Notes under the pieces: model-generated
Seen by the model: the letters and a program-made list of their open reading frames with translations, nothing else
Databases searched by the model: none
What the model was told of the DNA's origin: nothing
Position numbers and translations under genes: made by a program
Shown: in pieces, positions 51,376 to 61,393 of the stretch
Position numbering within the stretch: position 1 is the first letter of the stretch
How the letters are laid out: each line of letters opens with the position of its first letter
NCBI GenBank assembly: GCA_964620885.1
Contig: CAZUKR010000002.1
Location: 3,621 to 67,620 of the forward strand
Length of the DNA stretch: 64,000 nucleotides
DNA from: an uncultured Eubacterium sp.
GTDB taxonomy: Bacteria > Bacillota > Clostridia > Lachnospirales > Lachnospiraceae
Direction of reading: 5' to 3'

Positions 51376-52690
51376 ATTTCATTGTAAGCCGGGATTTTGC
51401 AATAAAAACTACAACCAGAATTGCAATTATAAACTCTGTAATGGGCATAGCAAGCCAAATAGAAGAAGAACCAAACAGGAGCGGGAACAGCAGGATGAAA
51501 CAGCCGCTGATAAACACACCCCTTAATATAGAAATTATAAATGCAATCTTGGGCTGCATAATAGACTGAAAGTAGTATGTGGAGTAAATGTTTAGGGGTA
51601 AAAGCATAAATGATAATGCATAACAACGCATAATACCTGGTGCAATTGAAAGTACGCTTTCCGTAGGTGCCATAAAAATATGAATAAGATTATTTGGAAT
51701 CAACATAACAACTGCCGTCCATATTACACTGAAAAAAGCCACCGCATAAAGAGAATACTTCAATGTTTCAAATACACGTTTTTTCTTTCCGGCGCCATAG
51801 TTCATGGAAATAATCGGCTGCGCAGATTGCCCAGCACCATATGCACAGCATTGTACAATTGTGCTGATGTTGATGATAACGCCATATACACTTAAGGAAT
51901 CACTTCCAAGATACTTCATAATCTGGCGATTAAAAAGCACCGTTAAGACTCCCATTGCCATATCAACCAAAAAGGCTGAAGATCCACATATTGAAATTTT
52001 CTTAATTTTATTTTTAAGTGCAGCAGGCTTTACCAGTTTTAAGGTATTCTTTTTGGTGAAAAAATGGGATAAAGCGACGACAATGGTGATTAAGGATCCG
52101 ATTGCAGTTGCAATTCCCGCACCAATAATCCCAAGGTCAAGGAAGAAAACAAAAAACCAGTCACCAAAAACATTAAAAATTCCCCCGGATAATACTGCGG
52201 CGGTAGCAAGTCCCGGAGCATTATCATTTCTTAAAAAGGCCGCCAGCATCTGGCTGAATAAAAAGGTTGGCACAACAAATTTAATCGGGTAAAGATAGCT
52301 TTGAGCAAGGGGTAACAGCGTTTCATCTGCACCAAAAAATCGAAGCAGGGGCTCATCAAAAAAGATGATGGAAAGCCAGCAGATGATACCCAGGATACAG
52401 GAAAAAATAACAGACGCAGTAAAATATGAATTCTGCTCTGTCTGCCCTCCCTTGCCTTTTTCCGTACTGTATAGTACAGCACCGCCGATACCTGTAAGTA
52501 AACCAAGGCTATAAATTATATTCCAAACGGGTGCAACCACTGCAAGAGCAGCTGCTCCATCCGGCCCTTGGTATTGACCCACCATTGCCATGTCAACAAG
52601 TCCGTAAATAGAACTGATGAGAACACTTCCCGATGCCGCAAGTAAATACTTGAAATAGATTGTTTTAATTTTTCCGTTTAATAAGTCCAT
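51374..52690 (-). CDS. MATE family efflux transporter
   Basis: IYGLVDMAMVG, NVFGDWFFV...GAGIAT, 12 TMs; ATG 52690 after GGAGGT. Confidence 0.92.
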   Translation of the reverse strand: MDLLNGKIKTIYFKYLLAASGSVLISSIYGLVDMAMVGQYQGPDGAAALAVVAPVWNIIYSLGLLTGIGGAVLYSTEKGKGGQTEQNSYFTASVIFSCILGIICWLSIIFFDEPLLRFFGADETLLPLAQSYLYPIKFVVPTFLFSQMLAAFLRNDNAPGLATAAVLSGGIFNVFGDWFFVFFLDLGIIGAGIATAIGSLITIVVALSHFFTKKNTLKLVKPAALKNKIKKISICGSSAFLVDMAMGVLTVLFNRQIMKYLGSDSLSVYGVIINISTIVQCCAYGAGQSAQPIISMNYGAGKKKRVFETLKYSLYAVAFFSVIWTAVVMLIPNNLIHIFMAPTESVLSIAPGIMRCYALSFMLLPLNIYSTYYFQSIMQPKIAFIISILRGVFISGCFILLFPLLFGSSSIWLAMPITEFIIAILVVVFIAKSRLTMK

Positions 52691-52703
52691 AATAGTTACC
52701 TCC

Positions 52704-52800
52704 AAATAAAATAAGGTCAGAAAAGTTCACAAGCATTTCAGCCTGTTCTCTTTTCTGACCTCTCATTTTAAACGAAATGAGCTGCCCTCCGAGCAACCAC
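52704..52800 (-). promoter_or_regulatory. Structured 5' leader with an intrinsic terminator upstream of the MATE RBS (attenuator or riboswitch candidate)
   Basis: 12-bp perfect stem AGGTCAGAAAAG / CTTTTCTGACCT plus U-tract; two smaller hairpins upstream. Confidence 0.6.
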
Positions 52801-52803
52801 GAT

Positions 52804-52832
52804 ATAATAACATGAAATTTCGCTAAAAGCAA
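52804..52832 (-). promoter_or_regulatory. Sigma-A promoter of the MATE gene
   Basis: TTGCTT-17 bp-TATTAT with TG extended -10. Confidence 0.65.
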
Positions 52833-52939
52833 ATTGATGTGCTAATAAAAGGGAAAGACAATTTACAAATAGTCTGCACTAGTATAAAATGAGATATAAC
52901 AGAAAAGAACTGTAATACTGGAAAAGGAGCTTTTTCACT

Positions 52940-54823
52940 ATGCAGGAAATTAACGAAAAAGAGATACGGCAATTTTATGAAGAATACAGGGAAATGATAC
53001 GCAGACAGGAACACTACGAGGGCCTCCTGTATTTTATATATATGAAACCAGAGCAGAAGGAGAAATGGTTTTGTCTTTTAAAAGAAAAGTCTGAATTTCA
53101 GAGAAAGGCTTTTAGAGAAAATGAAAGACATATTGCCAGAGTAATTCTTCCTTTTTTGCATGAGAATGAAGGTCATAAGGAATTTTCAGAAGAAATCGCA
53201 GGTGTTTTTTTAGACGAAATTATAAAAATGGCACAGAGCATGACTTTTGACAATCTCCTTACAGTTGAAATGCTTAAAAAGCTTGTGGTGTATTATGAAG
53301 ATAAAAATAATCTGGATAATCAGATTTTAAGCTGTTTTTATCTGGGATATTTTTATGGCCATATGAATAATCCCGAGTTACGGCAAGAAGTATATCAGTG
53401 CTATCTGAAAGTAGCATCTTATCGGGAACAATATGAAGAAATCAAGGGGCCGATGGCCAGAAGAGCTGTATTGTCGGCGCTTTTCAATTGTTCCAACTGG
53501 GACAGAGAAGATGAAAAGGAATACAGTTCCACTCATTTGTTTCATTTATTGGACGCATATGATTTTTATGAAAAGGAAAAAAAGGAAGAGCGTTCCAGTG
53601 GAAACTTTGATTTTGCCAGAATACAGATACTTATACAAGATGAAATCTGTATGGAATTATTGAAGCCGGGAAGAGAGATATTTAACGAGCGAATCGCAAA
53701 AATAGAAGAAGAATATTATCGGCAGGTAGAAGTCTATAGGAAGAAACGCAGGCTGTCGGCATATGAATATTACAATTATTGGAAGTATCAAAAGCTTCAG
53801 GGAAAAATAACAGAGAAAGAATATTATGAGAAGCTATATGAATATTATAGGGAAGAGCCGTGGCAGAAGCTGGAAGATGAAGTAGGATATAGCTATAATT
53901 ATAACAACCTGATACAGATGATGCCACTGTTTTTGCCGGAGCTGTTTGAAGGGGCGGAGAAGTTTCAATTCAAATGGAATAATAAACTGAAAAAAGATGT
54001 AACGTGGTATTATACCAGCTTTCCCCGAACCGGAAACAAAGCCTACATAGATCGTATTATTGTAAATGAAATGATGGATTTGTTATCTCATTACAATAGT
54101 CTGGAAGCATTGGAACTGTATGAGCATATAATGCTGGTACGACAGGGAAGCACGGAGATTCATGTACGTGGAGTAGCAAAGCTGGTAAAAGAGATTGCCG
54201 AAGCAATTATAAAAAGAAAACCGGAATATGTAGTGGGAATGCTGGGAACCGAAACACCTGAACAAGTGGTAGAACATAGGGATGAAATACTGCAATTGTT
54301 ACATCAGGGGGCATTGCAGCATGACCGTGGTAAATTATTTATAAGTACCACGGTGAGTATGCAGGTACGGAAGTTGACCGATCAGGAATTTGAGAACATA
54401 AAAAAGCACCCCGAATATGGGCTGTATGGAAGAGAGCAGTATCAGGGGCTGAAAAAATATGCCAATGTAATTCTGGGACATCATAAATATTATAATGGGC
54501 AGGGAGGTTATCCGGAAAACTTTGATAATCAGGCATGTATGGATAAATTTGCCATAGATTTAATTACAATATGTGATTGTCTGGATGCTGCAACGGATAC
54601 ATTGGGAAGAAATTATATGAAGGGCAAGGATGTCGCTACTGTTCTGGATGAAATGAATGCAGGAAAGGGCGTGAGATACTCGCCGGAAATCGTAGATTTT
54701 ATTATGGATGACGAAGACATAATAAAAAAATTGGTGGAAATTACCAGTGAAGGACGTAAAGATACATATTATGAGGTATATCATAAATTTGCAAAAGAAA
54801 AGAGGAGGAACAGTCCTCTGTAG
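52940..54823 (+). CDS. HD-GYP-type phosphohydrolase with large helical N-terminal region
   Basis: STEIHVRGV, LQHDRGK, KKHPEYG, GHHKYYNGQGGYP, ICDCLDA. Confidence 0.85.
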   Translation: MQEINEKEIRQFYEEYREMIRRQEHYEGLLYFIYMKPEQKEKWFCLLKEKSEFQRKAFRENERHIARVILPFLHENEGHKEFSEEIAGVFLDEIIKMAQSMTFDNLLTVEMLKKLVVYYEDKNNLDNQILSCFYLGYFYGHMNNPELRQEVYQCYLKVASYREQYEEIKGPMARRAVLSALFNCSNWDREDEKEYSSTHLFHLLDAYDFYEKEKKEERSSGNFDFARIQILIQDEICMELLKPGREIFNERIAKIEEEYYRQVEVYRKKRRLSAYEYYNYWKYQKLQGKITEKEYYEKLYEYYREEPWQKLEDEVGYSYNYNNLIQMMPLFLPELFEGAEKFQFKWNNKLKKDVTWYYTSFPRTGNKAYIDRIIVNEMMDLLSHYNSLEALELYEHIMLVRQGSTEIHVRGVAKLVKEIAEAIIKRKPEYVVGMLGTETPEQVVEHRDEILQLLHQGALQHDRGKLFISTTVSMQVRKLTDQEFENIKKHPEYGLYGREQYQGLKKYANVILGHHKYYNGQGGYPENFDNQACMDKFAIDLITICDCLDAATDTLGRNYMKGKDVATVLDEMNAGKGVRYSPEIVDFIMDDEDIIKKLVEITSEGRKDTYYEVYHKFAKEKRRNSPL

Positions 54824-54858
54824 GTCAGTGGGAAGCAGACCTGCAGAGGATTGTTTTA
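54811..54858 (+). terminator. Terminator overlapping the HD-GYP stop codon
   Basis: CAGTCCTCTGTAGGTC / GACCTGCAGAGGATTG stem plus T-tract. Confidence 0.75.
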
Positions 54859-54927
54859 TATTGTAGGATACCAGGGGCAAATGGGCAGGGTGCATAAGGA
54901 AGCAATTACCCAACACTAAAATAACGA
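54853..54927. repeat. Possible degenerate family A hairpin module
   Basis: GTTTTATATTGTAGGA matches the family A left arm at 15/16; right arm degenerate. Confidence 0.35.
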
Positions 54928-55011
54928 GATAGACAGCCAACAGACGAATGTATAAGCCAATTAAATAAAGGGAGATCAGACAGTGTATTGATTGAATTGG
55001 AGGGCAAAATT

Positions 55012-55194
55012 ATGCCAAAAAGAGAGCGAAATTTGCGGTTGCATATCATGGTTACTCATGAGGAATGCGCCGCCATACAGGAACGCATGGCCGAAGTGAA
55101 CAGCCAAAATCAAAGCGCATTTATTCGCAAAATGTGCAAGTGTGTGTACACTTGCCCTGCTTGCCGTATAGCGGAACACCGCAAGAACGCATAA
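55012..55194 (+). pseudogene. Truncated relaxosome accessory protein (MobC-like)
   Basis: MPKRERNLRLHIMVTHEECAAIQERM...SAFIRKM, then unrelated sequence. Confidence 0.65.
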
Positions 55195-55281
55195 TAACGT
55201 CATGCTTGATGTTTTCGACAACTCGAAATATAATATTGGTATTGCGATAATAATGAAAGCAATCGTTATTGAGGTGAGCGT

Positions 55282-56007
55282 ATGAAAATAGACCGTCTAA
55301 TCGGTATTGTTACAATCCTGTTGCAAAAGGAAAAAGTCACAACATCACAATTAGCAGAGCGATTTGAGGTTTCACAAAGGACTATCCAGCGGGATATTGA
55401 TAATATATGTAAAGCTGGCATCCCTATTGTATCCATGCAAGGATATGGCGGAGGGCTTTCCATTGCAGAGGGTTACAAAATTGATAAAACAATACTGACA
55501 CAAAAAGAATTGAGTGCAATTTTTATGGGGCTCAAAAGCATAGATACTATTTCAAAATACAGTTATACTCAAAGCCTGATGGAAAAACTCACGAATGAAA
55601 AGAGCACTATCCTAGACGACCGAAATAGAGTTATTATTCATTTGGCTTCAATATTGTTCTGAAAAGGGAGAAAGCGAACGTATTATTGAGCCTTATTTTA
55701 TTATGTTTAGGTGGTTTGCATGGTACGTTTATGGATACTGTCTTGCCAAACAAGATTTTAGACTTTTCAAACTGAATCGTCTAAGTGAATTGCAAAATCT
55801 AAAAACAAGTTATGAGGAAAGATATATTTCAGAAAAAGAGCTTGATTTTGACAATTATATTTGGCGCGACGATATAAAGCTAGTAGCTATAACTACTTAC
55901 TACAATGGATACTAAGTTATGGTGATGCTGTAAAGGTCATAGAGCCACCCAATTTAGTTGATAGCATTCGCCAAAATGCAAAAAATGTATTAGCTCAATA
56001 TGAGTAA
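55282..56007 (+). pseudogene. YafY-like HTH-WYL transcriptional regulator, internally deleted and frameshifted
   Basis: MKIDRL...RFEVSQRTIQRDI...GGG, stop at 55662; WYL piece RIIEPY...WYVYGYC..RQDFRLFKLNR-like; C-terminal VKVIEPPNL piece in another frame. Confidence 0.8.
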
Positions 56008-56075
56008 TAGGACATACAGGTGCCGTGTTACTCATGCTATTCTAAAACTATCTAAAATCAAAGGAGGATTTTGTT

Positions 56076-56747
56076 ATGAAAAAAGAGGTTTCAATTTTTA
56101 ATAGGCCAGAGAAACTTGCTGGATATGAAATTGAGCAATATGTGACATATTGCGGCAACTTGTCTTGGTATGATTTTGTTACATCCATGCCACAATTGGT
56201 ATTTGTTGTTACAGGTTGGAAATCTAACGGCAAGGAAAACGCTTGCCTGCACTCTTGGTCTAGCTTTATGGGTAGTGGATTGGAAAACTTTATCTGTATA
56301 TTGGGAAAAGTCAATAAAGACGGGCATATGTATCAATCCTTGAGAGAAACGAAAGTATGCGTGTTGAATTTTCCCTCAAACGATATTTATGACCGATGTG
56401 TTAAAACGATTAGTAATAATCAGTTTGAAACAGATGAAATCACCGCTTCGGGTCTTACGGCAGAGAAAGCAGCAAAGGTCAATGCACCGCAAATCAAAGA
56501 GTGTTTTTTAAATATTGAGTGTGAGTATTTATGGGAACAGGAGCTTTTTGAGGGAAGCCAAGAAGTGGCGATTGCAGTGAGAGCCGTTAATATTTGCATG
56601 GATAGCAATTATTACGACCAAACTAAACTTGGCAGATACGGAAAAAATGGTTTTCTATTTTATGTTGACCAACCAACCAATCCGGAAACAGGAGAAATAA
56701 CACCTTTTGGCCCCGGAATATTGGAGCAGGGCGAACCTATTGAGTGA
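56076..56747 (+). CDS. Flavin reductase-like / flavoredoxin family protein
   Basis: VVTGWKSNGKENAC, VLNFP, VNAPQIKECFLNIEC. Confidence 0.8.
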   Translation: MKKEVSIFNRPEKLAGYEIEQYVTYCGNLSWYDFVTSMPQLVFVVTGWKSNGKENACLHSWSSFMGSGLENFICILGKVNKDGHMYQSLRETKVCVLNFPSNDIYDRCVKTISNNQFETDEITASGLTAEKAAKVNAPQIKECFLNIECEYLWEQELFEGSQEVAIAVRAVNICMDSNYYDQTKLGRYGKNGFLFYVDQPTNPETGEITPFGPGILEQGEPIE

Positions 56748-56788
56748 AATGCAAAATAAGCATTTGATTGTGAAAGGATTAAGTACCT

Positions 56789-56980
56789 ATGCCAAATAAC
56801 GAAGAATGGATACTATGTCCTGTATGCCAGAATAAAACGAGAGTAAAAATGCGGGACGATACGAAACTTGAAAACTTTCCGCTGTTCTGCCCGAAGTGCA
56901 AAAAAGAAACTCTTATCAATGTATTAAAACTGAATATAACGCCTATTACAGAGCCAGACGCTAAGACGCAGGGACACTAA
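56789..56980 (+). CDS. Cysteine-rich KTR domain protein
   Basis: WILCPVCQNKTR...FPLFCPKCKKETLI; typical of gut-Firmicute conjugative elements. Confidence 0.85.
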   Translation: MPNNEEWILCPVCQNKTRVKMRDDTKLENFPLFCPKCKKETLINVLKLNITPITEPDAKTQGH

Positions 56981-57066
56981 GACGTTGTGACGCAGAGCCG
57001 ATAATTAGTGAGTATACTCGCAATTATCGGCTTTTTGTATTTATCGGAACTTCGGGCCAAGTTGCA

Positions 57067-57524
57067 TTTGAGGACACCCACCCCGCCATTATTGATATGG
57101 AAACATGGGATATTGTCCGCAGTTTGCGCGTATTGTAATGGACAGGAGCGCACAGGAGTACAAGCGGGAAACGGCGGCAAAGAAAAGAGCTGCCGAGAAA
57201 AACCGCAAGCGCATTTCCGAACTCGATACGCTGATTGAACGGCTGTATGTGGACAATGTTTCCGGCAAGATTACGGACGAGCGGTACGAAAAAATGTCTG
57301 TGAAGTTTGAAGCCGAACAAGCCGCATTGCTGAATACGGTTGACAATCTGGAAATGGAGATAGCCAAGGAAGAAAGTCAAGCGGTTAATGTGGACAGGTT
57401 CTTGTCCGTTGTTCGTCGTTACGCTGTAATCGAGGAATTGACCCCGGCAATCGTCCATGAATTTATCGACCGTATCATTGTCCATGAGCCGGAACAGGCG
57501 CGGGGGGACCGCCGCCCGCCATGA
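57067..57524 (+). pseudogene. Large serine recombinase (TnpX/TndX-like) C-terminal fragments
   Basis: FEDTHPAIIDMETWDIV joined out of frame to RISELDTLIERLYVDNVSGKITDERY...ELTPAIVHEFIDRIIVHE; catalytic N-terminus absent. Confidence 0.8.
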
Positions 57525-57588
57525 GTTTGTTTGCTTCTTTTAGGACACTGGCCTAAAGGTCGGAGCAATCCGTAGGTATCCATAATTA

Positions 57589-59070
57589 TTATAGAAGACA
57601 CTTTGTTTTTAACTCAAGAATCTGCTGCTGGTTTAAAAAGGGAAGGCCAAGAACATTGCTTCCGGGTGGTGCCAGAATATTAATACTGCCGGTTGCAATT
57701 TGGAACAGCCGGCGTAGAGGGCTTTCGTTCAATGTTACAAATTGAATTTTTCCATATGGAACCAAGGATATTTCCTTTTTGAGTGAACCATCGCAGATAG
57801 TAATCTGTTTTGTGCCAAAGCCAATACCCAGGCAAAAATAATGGAAGAAACGATACAATAAGATAAGAAGCAGGATAATGCCATAGATAACACCTAAAAT
57901 ATATCGATTCTTCATATCTAAAACAAAGGTAAAAGTAATAGAAAAAATAGGGATACTAAAGCAGAGGGTATACAGCAGCGTAGATAAAAAATAGGTGATG
58001 CCGGCTCCCTTCGGAAGCTTACGAACCGGCTCAGCCCACTCTGTCATAAATTCTGGAAGGAGATCCTGCAGGTGCTTATAAAAGGAATCCTTTTTCATGC
58101 AAAGAGCAAGCTGAGTTTTTTCGTTTTCTCCATCTCCAAGACCAATGCAGATTATTTGCGCTTGCATGCGTCCTGCAATTCGTGCAAGGGGCGGCTGAAT
58201 AATCCGCAAAGCATTGATACGTTCTATGGGAACGGTAAAGTCCTGTTTTCGGAAAAAGCCATAACGGATAATCAAATCGTTTTCCCTGCGGAAACAGGAA
58301 AAATGATAAAAAGACAGCAGTTGCTTTATCATTTGATAGATATAGCCCATTACAAGAAGGAAAAGGGGAAGAAAACTGCCGAAAAGGGACAGGTTGCCCT
58401 CTGAATATAAAAGTTCAGAAAGAGATGTTTCGGTAAAATAGAGAAACGGAGGAAGGCCAGCCACAAAAAGTACAGCAAGAACAAGCAGCCCTGTGGGAAT
58501 GGAAAAGAAGCAATGGGAAAGAATCTCACCAAAAGAAGCAAAGGGAGCTTCTGGGGCGGTGTCCTTTGTTTCAGGGGAAAGCGTGTCCTTGTTCATATGA
58601 GACAGAATTTCAGCTTTTAAATCCTCTGCTTTTTTTGCAGAAAGCACGATAGAAACATCTGTATTCTTTGCGGTGGAAAAGCTGTCGGTGTCCAGCTTCA
58701 GCCGATAAGTTCCTACCAGGCGTTCAAAGAGATTTTGTTCCAAATTAATATTTGAAATATTGGCAATTCCAACGGTATTTTTTTTACGGTTCAAGGTATT
58801 TTGTTCAAAAACGAAAGTATTGTTATCCAGATAGATAAAAGTTTTACGCCACAGCATAAACTGATACCCCATTATCAGGAGAAATAAGAGCAGAAGACCG
58901 GCGCAGACAGGAAAGATTATTTTAAAATCCTGTATGCTAAAGTCCGGTTCAGTAATAATAGAAACAATTTCATCTGTCTGGGAAAGAACAAGAAAAAACC
59001 AGAAAGCAAGAAATTTTCCGGATTTTTCGAAAATAATGCTGAAATGGCAGCGCATTTTATTATTCTCCAT
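57589..59070 (-). CDS. ydbT: YdbT-like membrane protein with bacterial PH domains
   Basis: Repeated bPH_2 segments (GFFRKQDFTVPIERINALRIIQPPLAR); paired with ydbS. Confidence 0.8.
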   Translation of the reverse strand: MENNKMRCHFSIIFEKSGKFLAFWFFLVLSQTDEIVSIITEPDFSIQDFKIIFPVCAGLLLLFLLIMGYQFMLWRKTFIYLDNNTFVFEQNTLNRKKNTVGIANISNINLEQNLFERLVGTYRLKLDTDSFSTAKNTDVSIVLSAKKAEDLKAEILSHMNKDTLSPETKDTAPEAPFASFGEILSHCFFSIPTGLLVLAVLFVAGLPPFLYFTETSLSELLYSEGNLSLFGSFLPLFLLVMGYIYQMIKQLLSFYHFSCFRRENDLIIRYGFFRKQDFTVPIERINALRIIQPPLARIAGRMQAQIICIGLGDGENEKTQLALCMKKDSFYKHLQDLLPEFMTEWAEPVRKLPKGAGITYFLSTLLYTLCFSIPIFSITFTFVLDMKNRYILGVIYGIILLLILLYRFFHYFCLGIGFGTKQITICDGSLKKEISLVPYGKIQFVTLNESPLRRLFQIATGSINILAPPGSNVLGLPFLNQQQILELKTKCLL

Positions 59071-59536
59071 CTTTTTCCTCCAGTACAATCGTATTTATTT
59101 TTTTCTTTAAGGAATCTGCAATAAATTGGGCAGTTTCATATTCCAAAAAACGTATTGTCACATCTCCGCCGGCAGTAGTCACAACAACTTTAGAAAGTCC
59201 ATAAAAGCGGTCAATAGGGCCCTGCATCAAAGCAATCTTGTGTAGACGTTCAACAGGAACAATGTTTTCCGTAATCCACAAAAATCCTTCCCGGATATAG
59301 ATTCCCTCATTGTCCAGAGCATAGCGGTACCGGCGGTAGCGGAAAATGGGTACAGCCGTACTGCCTGCAACCACCAGTGCCAGAAGTAAAAAATAAATAA
59401 CCTTAATAACAGAATAAGAAAAAAGAGAAAAATAGTGCATAGCTATAGATAAACCAACAATGAAAATAACGGAAATAATTGCGTCCGCTGTGTACATGCA
59501 CCATAAAGCTTTTTTATGCAGTTGTTTAAATTCCAT
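59060..59536 (-). CDS. ydbS: YdbS-like PH domain membrane protein
   Basis: 2 TMs then YRYAL...REGFLW...VPVERLHKIALMQGPIDRFYGL...TTAGG. Confidence 0.85.
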   Translation of the reverse strand: MEFKQLHKKALWCMYTADAIISVIFIVGLSIAMHYFSLFSYSVIKVIYFLLLALVVAGSTAVPIFRYRRYRYALDNEGIYIREGFLWITENIVPVERLHKIALMQGPIDRFYGLSKVVVTTAGGDVTIRFLEYETAQFIADSLKKKINTIVLEEKDGE

Positions 59537-59667
59537 ATGAATCCCCCTCGTGTGTATATTATTTAAAAACAGTGTACCATAATGAATATGCTGTGAAAAG
59601 CTATTGCAACATAAAAATAAATCCCCTATAATATATGAGAATAAGAAACGAATAGGGGTACCGGGAT

Positions 59668-60534
59668 ATGAGCATACAGGATAAAATAGAACATATTTTA
59701 AAAGAGATACATCTGTTGTTTTCCCAGAGTCAGTCCTACGCAAAAGATGATACCAGGATTGTGGTGGAGAAACAAAAGGTATTTGCATTACTGGAACAGC
59801 TGAATATGGCAGTCTACGAAGTTATGGACGAATACGAGGTTACCAGCCAAAAGCAGGTGCTGGCAGAACGGCGCAGCGAGAAGCGTGGAGAAGAGATTAT
59901 AGGGAAAGCCAATAAGCATGCAGACGATATTTATGCCGCATCTATTATTTATACGGATGATGCTTTGAGCAGAATCCAGCATATTATGGATGATACCAAT
60001 AAATCTGTTCAGAAAATTTTCAGGAGAATGAATGCAGAGCTGGACAGTGAAAAAGAAAAGGTGCGGGATAACCAGTCAGAGTTGAAAGAACAGCTGAGAG
60101 ATTTTGCAGATACAGACAAATATCTCAAGGTAATTAAGGAACAGAATATAGAACGGGAAAAAGAGCAGCAAGAAAAGCTGGACCCATCCAAAGAAAAAAA
60201 GATTGCCAATGAAGGAAGGTCCTATTCCGCTATTCAGCCGGAAATAAGGATAAATAAGGCATACTTTGAACGTGCGGGGAAAGAATGCGAAGTATTTGAC
60301 CAGCAGAGAGAAGAACAGGAAAGTGAAGCTGAAGAAAGTCTTTCTAAGATTACAGGAAAAGAGTTTGCAGAAAGCCTGAGAAGACGGGCTGCTTTGGGAG
60401 GAATTCCGGAAGAACGGGAAGAAAGACCTTTTGCAGATGTGGTACCGGAAGTAAGGGTAAATCAGAATGCAGAATATTTCAAGAAAAGAAAAACAGAAAC
60501 CAAAGACAGCCGTTTTTCTTTTGGGAAGAAATAG
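59668..60534 (+). CDS. Hypothetical coiled-coil protein
   Basis: Long charged helical ORF with plausible codon usage; no family recognised. Confidence 0.75.
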   Translation: MSIQDKIEHILKEIHLLFSQSQSYAKDDTRIVVEKQKVFALLEQLNMAVYEVMDEYEVTSQKQVLAERRSEKRGEEIIGKANKHADDIYAASIIYTDDALSRIQHIMDDTNKSVQKIFRRMNAELDSEKEKVRDNQSELKEQLRDFADTDKYLKVIKEQNIEREKEQQEKLDPSKEKKIANEGRSYSAIQPEIRINKAYFERAGKECEVFDQQREEQESEAEESLSKITGKEFAESLRRRAALGGIPEEREERPFADVVPEVRVNQNAEYFKKRKTETKDSRFSFGKK

Positions 60535-60685
60535 AATGACGTTTCGGAAATCTTAATAAATTTCCTGTTAGGAAATTAAAAATCAATTGATACAATAGGG
60601 ACATACGTCAAAAGAATGTGGCGGATGTCCCTAGCTTCATGTATAATACTAGAATCAGGATTGTTGAAAAAATGAGGTGAAGGAT

Positions 60686-61381
60686 ATGAAGAATATTTTA
60701 GTATGTGATGATGATAAAGAGATAGTAGATGCCATCGAGATATACCTGCAGCAGGAAGGATACAATATTCTGAAGGCATATGATGGAGAAGAGGCATTGG
60801 GAGTGCTTCGGGATAAAGAGATACACCTTTTGATTATGGATATAATGATGCCTAAGCTGGACGGTATTCGTGCTACCCTGAAAATCAGAGAAGAGAGTAG
60901 TATTCCGATTATCATATTATCGGCAAAGTCAGAGGATGCAGATAAGATATTAGGGTTGAATATAGGTGCGGATGACTATGTAACAAAACCATTCAATCCC
61001 CTGGAACTCGTAGCCAGAGTAAAATCTCAGCTGCGACGCTATACACAGCTTGGAAATGCAGCAGAAAGCAGCCAGAGGATTTATCAGGTAGGCGGTTTGG
61101 CAATTAACGATGACCTGAAAGAGGTGACCGTAGACGATGAACAGGTGAAGCTCACTCCTATTGAATATAATATACTGCTGCTTTTAGTGAAAAATCAGGG
61201 AAAAGTATTTTCTATCAATCAGATATACGAAAATATATGGAATGAAGATGCTATTGGAGCAGATAATACCGTAGCAGTACACATCCGGCATATTCGGGAA
61301 AAAATAGAAATTAATCCCAAGGAACCAAGATACTTAAAAGTAGTATGGGGCGTGGGATATAAAATAGAAAAATTAAAATAA
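60686..61381 (+). CDS. OmpR-family response regulator
   Basis: ILVCDDD, MDIMMP, GADDYVTKPF, VHIRHIREKIE, VWGVGYK. Confidence 0.95.
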   Translation: MKNILVCDDDKEIVDAIEIYLQQEGYNILKAYDGEEALGVLRDKEIHLLIMDIMMPKLDGIRATLKIREESSIPIIILSAKSEDADKILGLNIGADDYVTKPFNPLELVARVKSQLRRYTQLGNAAESSQRIYQVGGLAINDDLKEVTVDDEQVKLTPIEYNILLLLVKNQGKVFSINQIYENIWNEDAIGADNTVAVHIRHIREKIEINPKEPRYLKVVWGVGYKIEKLK

Positions 61382-61393
61382 AGGAGTGGTGGA

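Larger units (their letters stand above)
54990..57530 (+). mobile_element. Decayed mobilizable/conjugative element remnant
   Basis: mobC fragment, broken WYL regulator, flavin reductase, Cys-rich KTR gene, serine recombinase C-terminal fragment; boundaries approximate. Confidence 0.75.

Noticed and set aside
60559-60577. Palindrome AATTTCCT-GTT-AGGAAATT upstream of the response regulator as a family A copy
   Set aside because: Arms are in the opposite order and lack the rest of the element; may be an operator or weak terminator but unsupported
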